A DNA stretch of 64,000 nucleotides. It comes from Actinomycetota bacterium (GTDB taxonomy: Bacteria > Actinomycetota > AC-67). Below are positions 59,452 to 64,000 of this stretch, piece after piece. Within the stretch, counting starts at the first letter, position 1; the number at the start of each line of letters is the position of its first letter. Under the pieces are notes generated by a model. That model worked only from the letters and a program-made list of their open reading frames with translations, was not told the DNA's origin and did no database searches. The translations under genes were made by a program, and so were the position numbers. Location: the NCBI GenBank assembly GCA_041658565.1, contig JBAZZY010000012.1, positions 5,606 to 69,605 of the forward strand. The letters run 5' to 3'.

Positions 59452-60249
59452 TCAGTGTCCGACGCGCGCGCCGTCCAGCGCCGAGGCGCAGGCGCAGTCG
59501 CGGGAAGACGGCAGGGCCGGGATTACTGCGCGCAGCAGGTTGCTCAGGCGGGAGTTGTTGTCGTTGAAGACCTGGATGATTTCGGGCACCGTGACCGGCG
59601 ACGTTCCCTCGACACCGGCGTCGTAGTCGGTGATGAGCGAGATGTTGCAGTAACACAGTTCCAGTTCGCGCGCGAGCGCCGCTTCGGGGTGCTGAGTCAT
59701 GTTGATGACTTCCCAGCCCATGGCCGAATACCACTTGGACTCCGCCCGGGTGGAGAACCGCGGTCCCTCGATCACGACCACGGTCCCGTGCGCGTGCACC
59801 GAGATCCCGGCCGCGTGCGCCTTGTCGATAGCGACCGCACGCATTGTCGGGCAGTACGGCTCGGCGAGCGACACGTGAATCGTTTCGGGGCCGTCATAGA
59901 ACGTAGAGGGACGACCGGAGGTTTGGTCGATGATCTGGTCGGACACCACGAAGTCGCCCCGCGCAACGTGCTTTTGCAGCGACCCCGCCGCCGTTGGTGC
60001 CAGCACGCGCGTGACTCCCAGCTCGCGCATCGCCCACAGGTTTGCCCGGTAGGGGATGCGGTGCGGCGGGAACTCGTGCTTCGTTCCATGGCGAGGCAAG
60101 AACGCCACCCGGCGTCCGTCGATCTCGCCCGTTACTAAGGGGGCCGACGGGTCGCCGAACGGCGTCGTGACGACGTGCTCTTGTGTCCCCTGCAGGAACG
60201 AGTAGAAGCCGGATCCACCGAAGACGCCGATTTCCGCGGGTGCGCTCAT
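59452..60249 (-). CDS. mtnP: S-methyl-5'-thioadenosine phosphorylase
   Basis: GVFGGSG, FLPRHG, EGPRFSTRAES, INMT, ITDYD. Confidence 0.92.
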   Translation of the reverse strand: MSAPAEIGVFGGSGFYSFLQGTQEHVVTTPFGDPSAPLVTGEIDGRRVAFLPRHGTKHEFPPHRIPYRANLWAMRELGVTRVLAPTAAGSLQKHVARGDFVVSDQIIDQTSGRPSTFYDGPETIHVSLAEPYCPTMRAVAIDKAHAAGISVHAHGTVVVIEGPRFSTRAESKWYSAMGWEVINMTQHPEAALARELELCYCNISLITDYDAGVEGTSPVTVPEIIQVFNDNNSRLSNLLRAVIPALPSSRDCACASALDGARVGH

Positions 60250-60252
60250 GCC

Positions 60253-60636
60253 TTATGACTTCGCCGAGCCGGTGCTCGAGCCGGTGCTCGAGCCGGTGCG
60301 CGCCGAGTCCGTCTTCTTCTCGGACTTCTCCGGCTTCTGGGGCTTCTCGGACTTCGACTCCTTGGACTCCCCGGACGCCGAGGCCGACGAGGCCGCCGTG
60401 TCCTTGGAGTCCTTGGCTGGCTCCTTCGATCCGTCCTTCGGCGTGAAGGGACGCTTACGAGAGCGGTTGTCGGTGGAGTAGAAGCCGGAGCCTTTCAGCA
60501 CGATCCCCACGGGGTGGAACACCCGCTTGAGGGCGCCTCCGCACTCCTCGCACGTTTCCAGCGGGGGGTCGGTGAAACGCTGCACGGCATCGATGTGGCG
60601 ATGGCAGGACGTGCAGGCATACTCGTAGGTCGGCAT
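60253..60636 (-). CDS. FmdB family zinc-ribbon protein
   Basis: MPTYEYAC..C, CEEC, LKGSGFYSTD; low-complexity tail. Confidence 0.9.
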   Translation of the reverse strand: MPTYEYACTSCHRHIDAVQRFTDPPLETCEECGGALKRVFHPVGIVLKGSGFYSTDNRSRKRPFTPKDGSKEPAKDSKDTAASSASASGESKESKSEKPQKPEKSEKKTDSARTGSSTGSSTGSAKS

Positions 60637-60679
60637 GATGCGAGGATTGTAGCAAGGGAAAAACCAGGCCCGTTTGGCG

Positions 60680-61255
60680 CTAGGCGCGCGCGCAGCGGAT
60701 CACCCGGTTCTCGGTCACCACCGCGTCGACGCGTTCGTCGTGGGGCTCGACGGGGACCTCGGGCACGACCTGGACTTCGAAGCAGATGCCGATCCGGGGA
60801 ACCACCGGCGATTCCCTGAGGAAGGCGTCGTAGAACCCGCCTCCGTGACCGAGGCGGCGTCCGCGCTCGTCGAAGGCGACGCCCGGCAGGACGATCACCG
60901 ATGCTTCCGCGGGATGTAGGGCGAAGCGTGACCGGGGCTCGGGAATGCCTCTATATCCGGGCTCCAGCTCGTCGAGGGACTCGACCTCGGCTGCCTGCAG
61001 CGCCCCGTCGTCGGCGACGTAGGGCAGCAGCAGCACGGAGCCCGACGCCAGCACGGCCTGAAGCAGCCGGCCGGTGGGGACTTCGGATCGCACCGACACG
61101 AAGGCCAAGACGCGCTCGGCCTCAGCCACCTCGGGCATGGCCAAGAGCCGCTCGATCAGGCGCTCGGCGCGCGCCTCGCGCTCGGCGGCGTCCAGCCGGC
61201 CCCGGCGAGCCAGGGTGAGGCGGCGGACCGTGTCCTTGCGTTCGCGGACCTGCAT
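60680..61255 (-). CDS. 5-formyltetrahydrofolate cyclo-ligase
   Basis: SEVPT, LPGVAFDERGRRLGHGGGFYD, EPHDERVD. Confidence 0.92.
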   Translation of the reverse strand: MQVRERKDTVRRLTLARRGRLDAAEREARAERLIERLLAMPEVAEAERVLAFVSVRSEVPTGRLLQAVLASGSVLLLPYVADDGALQAAEVESLDELEPGYRGIPEPRSRFALHPAEASVIVLPGVAFDERGRRLGHGGGFYDAFLRESPVVPRIGICFEVQVVPEVPVEPHDERVDAVVTENRVIRCARA

Positions 61256-61365
61256 CCCAACCCTCCTCCGGTTAGATGCCCGGAGTACAGTTATTGACCC
61301 GACGCGCCGACGATACCCACGAGGGACAAGCCTCGCAAAGGGAGCCTGGGTAGACAAGGCGAAAT

Positions 61366-62799
61366 GTGAGCATTGTGGTGGGGGGACCGAAGTCCGAGGG
61401 CGGCCGGCGCTTCATAGCGTTCCGGCTGCGCTTGTTGCTTGCCTTCGTGCTGCTAACCGGGGCGGTGGTGGCGGTGGCACTGCTGATCACGTCGGCCCCT
61501 CTCGACGTTGAGTTGTTGGTCTTCGGGATCTCGATTGTCCTCGCCGCAATGACCGGCGCGTTGGTGACGTCCTGGTTGGCTCGCCCCGTGGAGCATCTCG
61601 CCGAGGCCGCCTCGCGCGCGGCTGCCGGGGAGTTGTCCGAGGCGATCCGCCCCTCCACGCGCGACGAGGTCGGCCGTGCCGCTCTCGCCATAAACGACTT
61701 GAACGAACGCCTCCGGCGCGTGAGCGGCGACGTCGACATCTCGCGCGGGGAGGTTCGCAACTCCGTGCGCCGATTGGGTGAGGCGCTGCGCGCGACCCAA
61801 CTACGCGAGAGCGATGAGCCCGACCTTCGCAAGATGATGTCGGTCGTGCTCGAGACGGCTTTGGTTGCGTTGCAGGGTAGGTCCGGCGCCGTGTACTTGT
61901 TGTCGGCTCGCCGCACTGATCTGCGGCTGAAGGTCGGGCGGCACCTCGATCCGCGCGCTCGCGACGAGCGAATCCTTGTGGGACAGGGACTTGCGGGATG
62001 GGTGGCACAGCATCGCCGCGGCGTTTGCCTTCCGTCTGCCGACGCGCCGGTGCCGGCCGATCCCGAGCCGACCGAGACCACCGCGCTCGCCGTGCCGCTG
62101 GAGACGCAGTCGCAGTTGATTGGTGTGCTCGCGATCTACGGACGCACGACGTCGGTGCCGTTCGGCGAAGAGGACGTCGAAACCATTATGTCGCTTGGGC
62201 GCGCGGCGGGAGTCAGCGTCGAGAACATGCTGCTGCACCAAGAGGCGCAGCGAATGTCGATCACCGACGGCCTGACCGCGATCTGGAACCGCCGCTACTT
62301 CGAGATGCGGTGGCCTCAGGAGTTCGAGCGCGCGTTCCGCTTCCAGCGGCCGTTGTCGATCGCGGTGATCGATATCGACCACTTCAAGAAGGTCAACGAT
62401 GTCTACGGACACCAGCGCGGCGATGCGATCTTGATCGAGATCGCGCAACGACTGGTGGGCAATATTCGGCGCGAAATCGACGTTCTGGCGCGCTACGGCG
62501 GTGAGGAGTTCGTCTTGGTGCTGCCCGAGACCGGGGCCGACGGAGCCAACGTCGTTGCCGAGAAGATGCGCATCGAGGTTGCCGGCTTGCCGTTCGCCTC
62601 CGAAGGCGAGACGCCGGTCGCCGTGACCATCTCAATCGGGTACGCCGTATACCCCGAGAACGGAACAACGCCGCGCCAGTTGCTCGACGCAGCCGATCAG
62701 GCTCTGTACGAGGCCAAGGCGCGCGGACGGAATCGCGTGGTGAGCGCCGGCGGGAAGACGAACAGCCCGAACCTTGCCCCCGGCCGGACGCAACCGTAG
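61366..62799 (+). CDS. Diguanylate cyclase (2TM-HAMP-GAF-GGDEF)
   Basis: DGLTAIWNRR, DIDHFKKVND, I-site REID, RYGGEEF, ADQALYEAK; HAMP DEVG; GAF domain. Confidence 0.92.
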   Translation: MSIVVGGPKSEGGRRFIAFRLRLLLAFVLLTGAVVAVALLITSAPLDVELLVFGISIVLAAMTGALVTSWLARPVEHLAEAASRAAAGELSEAIRPSTRDEVGRAALAINDLNERLRRVSGDVDISRGEVRNSVRRLGEALRATQLRESDEPDLRKMMSVVLETALVALQGRSGAVYLLSARRTDLRLKVGRHLDPRARDERILVGQGLAGWVAQHRRGVCLPSADAPVPADPEPTETTALAVPLETQSQLIGVLAIYGRTTSVPFGEEDVETIMSLGRAAGVSVENMLLHQEAQRMSITDGLTAIWNRRYFEMRWPQEFERAFRFQRPLSIAVIDIDHFKKVNDVYGHQRGDAILIEIAQRLVGNIRREIDVLARYGGEEFVLVLPETGADGANVVAEKMRIEVAGLPFASEGETPVAVTISIGYAVYPENGTTPRQLLDAADQALYEAKARGRNRVVSAGGKTNSPNLAPGRTQP

Positions 62800-62811
62800 A
62801 CTCCCCGAGCC

Positions 62812-63684
62812 ATGCCAGTCACGAAAGCAGTGATTCCTGCCGCCGGTTTGGGGACGCGCTTCCTGCCGGCCACCAAGGCTCAGCCAAAAGAGATGCTGCC
62901 GGTAGTCGATCGACCAACGATCCAGTACGTAGTCGAGGAAGCCGTCGCCGCCGGGATGACAGACATCTTGATCGTCACCGGCCGCGGGAAGCGCTCGTTG
63001 GAGGATCACTTCGACCGTTCGTTCGAGCTGGAGTACTACCTCGAGCAAAAGGGTGACTACGAGACGCTCGAGTCGATCCGTTCTATCAGCGATATGGCCG
63101 ACATCCACTACATCCGCCAGAAGGAGCCCAAGGGTCTCGGCCACGCGGTGATGGTCGCCGAGCGCCACGTCGGTGGTGAGCCCTTCGCGGTGCTGCTGGG
63201 CGACAACATCATGGCCGACCCGTTGCTGGGTCCGATGGCGAAGGTGTACGAGCAGTACGGTCGCAGCGTGGTCGCGTTCCAGGAGGTGCCGCTGGAGCAG
63301 ATCTCCTCATACGGCGCCGCGGCGTGTGAGCAACTCTCAGACAACTTGGTCAAGGTCTTGGACATCGTGGAGAAGCCGGCTCCCGAACAGGCGCCGTCCA
63401 ACCTTGCCGCGATCGGGCGCTACATCTTCACTCCCGAGATCTTCGACATCCTCCGCAAGACGCTGCCGGGGGTCGGCGGCGAGCTGCAACTGACCGACGG
63501 AATTCGCAACCTCGCGCTGCAGCAGGTCGTCTACGGGTACCTGTATGACGGCGTCGCATACGACATCGGCCGCAAACTCGACTACTTGCGCGCCACCGTA
63601 GAGATCGCCGCGCAGCGCGAAGATCTGCGCGAGGACTTCCTGGCCTTCCTGGCCGATTTCGCGATTCGCAAGAAGTTGGTGTAG
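62812..63684 (+). CDS. galU: UTP--glucose-1-phosphate uridylyltransferase
   Basis: KAVIPAAGLGTRFLPATKAQPKEML, GLGHAV, GELQLTD. Confidence 0.96.
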   Translation: MPVTKAVIPAAGLGTRFLPATKAQPKEMLPVVDRPTIQYVVEEAVAAGMTDILIVTGRGKRSLEDHFDRSFELEYYLEQKGDYETLESIRSISDMADIHYIRQKEPKGLGHAVMVAERHVGGEPFAVLLGDNIMADPLLGPMAKVYEQYGRSVVAFQEVPLEQISSYGAAACEQLSDNLVKVLDIVEKPAPEQAPSNLAAIGRYIFTPEIFDILRKTLPGVGGELQLTDGIRNLALQQVVYGYLYDGVAYDIGRKLDYLRATVEIAAQREDLREDFLAFLADFAIRKKLV

Positions 63685-63782
63685 ACCTTCAGGGCACGGA
63701 TCGCCCGGCGGACTCCCGTATGGAGTTCCAATTTCTTCCCTGCCGGCGGCCGAGGGGCGGAGCCTGGGACTTCCCAGCTTCC

Positions 63783-63833
63783 TTGAAACCAGATATGGGG
63801 GTGTTAGTCTCGCCGTGAGCCTAGATGTAGTGG
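63783..63833 (+). promoter_or_regulatory. Sigma70-type promoter overlapped by two NrdR-like boxes
   Basis: TTGAAA-N16-TAGTCT; 16-mers AAACCAGATATGGGGG (63786) and AGCCTAGATGTAGTGG (63818), 32 bp apart. Confidence 0.55.
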
Positions 63834-63881
63834 CTCCTGAATGGCGCTTTGAGCGCCCGATACCCGAGAGGGGGGGCGAGA

Positions 63882-64000
63882 CTGGGCCCGACCGTAATCC
63901 TGTTGCTGCTCGTAGCATGGGCAGTGGTTCTGGTCCCCGTCTTCGGCTCCAAGCGCTCCTCTTCGTCCCCTCTGGTCGGCGTGCGTAGGTTCGAGCAAGT
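63882..64000 (+). CDS. Membrane protein N-terminus, SepX/GlpR-like (truncated by window end)
   Basis: GPTVILLLLVAWAVVLVP... after a G-rich SD; start CTG 63882 or TTG 63849; sepX-like genes normally lie near galU in actinobacteria. Confidence 0.5.
   Translation, partial: MGPTVILLLLVAWAVVLVPVFGSKRSSSSPLVGVRRFEQ

Noticed and set aside
60266-60301. 12-nt x3 tandem repeat and 9-nt repeats in fmdB
   Set aside because: In-frame low-complexity Ser/Lys tail typical of FmdB-family proteins; not CRISPR or a contingency locus.
1-64000. CRISPR arrays, rRNA, transposases, integrase, sortase/LPxTG motifs
   Set aside because: None seen in this window.

Overview
High-GC chromosomal window from what appears to be an uncultured Actinomycetota (inferred from gene content, leaderless-type promoters and multiple Liv-type ABC clusters). 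Positions 1-10130 are the right end of a compositionally distinct defence island abutting the 3' end of a tRNA-Arg(CCT) gene; it carries an IetAS-like AAA-ATPase/S8-protease pair, a Type III R-M system and a PD-(D/E)XK-like ORF. Next is the most unusual locus (10439-13428): two ~87%-identical small secreted proteins with TasA-like N-termini flanking a SipW-type signal peptidase fused to a DUF5305-like domain and a small protein with the same N-terminal motif plus RTX Ca-binding repeats. This is a candidate undescribed donor-strand fibre/pilus system. Both pilin-like genes share a TGTAGG-N13-CGACGA promoter-like motif, and a variant recurs upstream of a membrane-anchored ECF sigma factor (24196) that sits among three small Cys-containing secreted proteins. 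The remainder is host metabolism and transport: two Liv-type ABC clusters (one ATPase has an RHH-like tail, one LivH-M-G triple fusion), PTE-like hydrolase, M28 peptidases, Ntn acylase, ABC-F, DrrAB-like exporter, pfkA, glpX, uppP, mtnP, a diguanylate cyclase and galU. At the right edge, tandem NrdR-like boxes precede a truncated SepX/GlpR-like gene. Host DNA, but not the island, is strikingly rich in GCGCGC. All calls come from motif recognition by eye; no databases were run.
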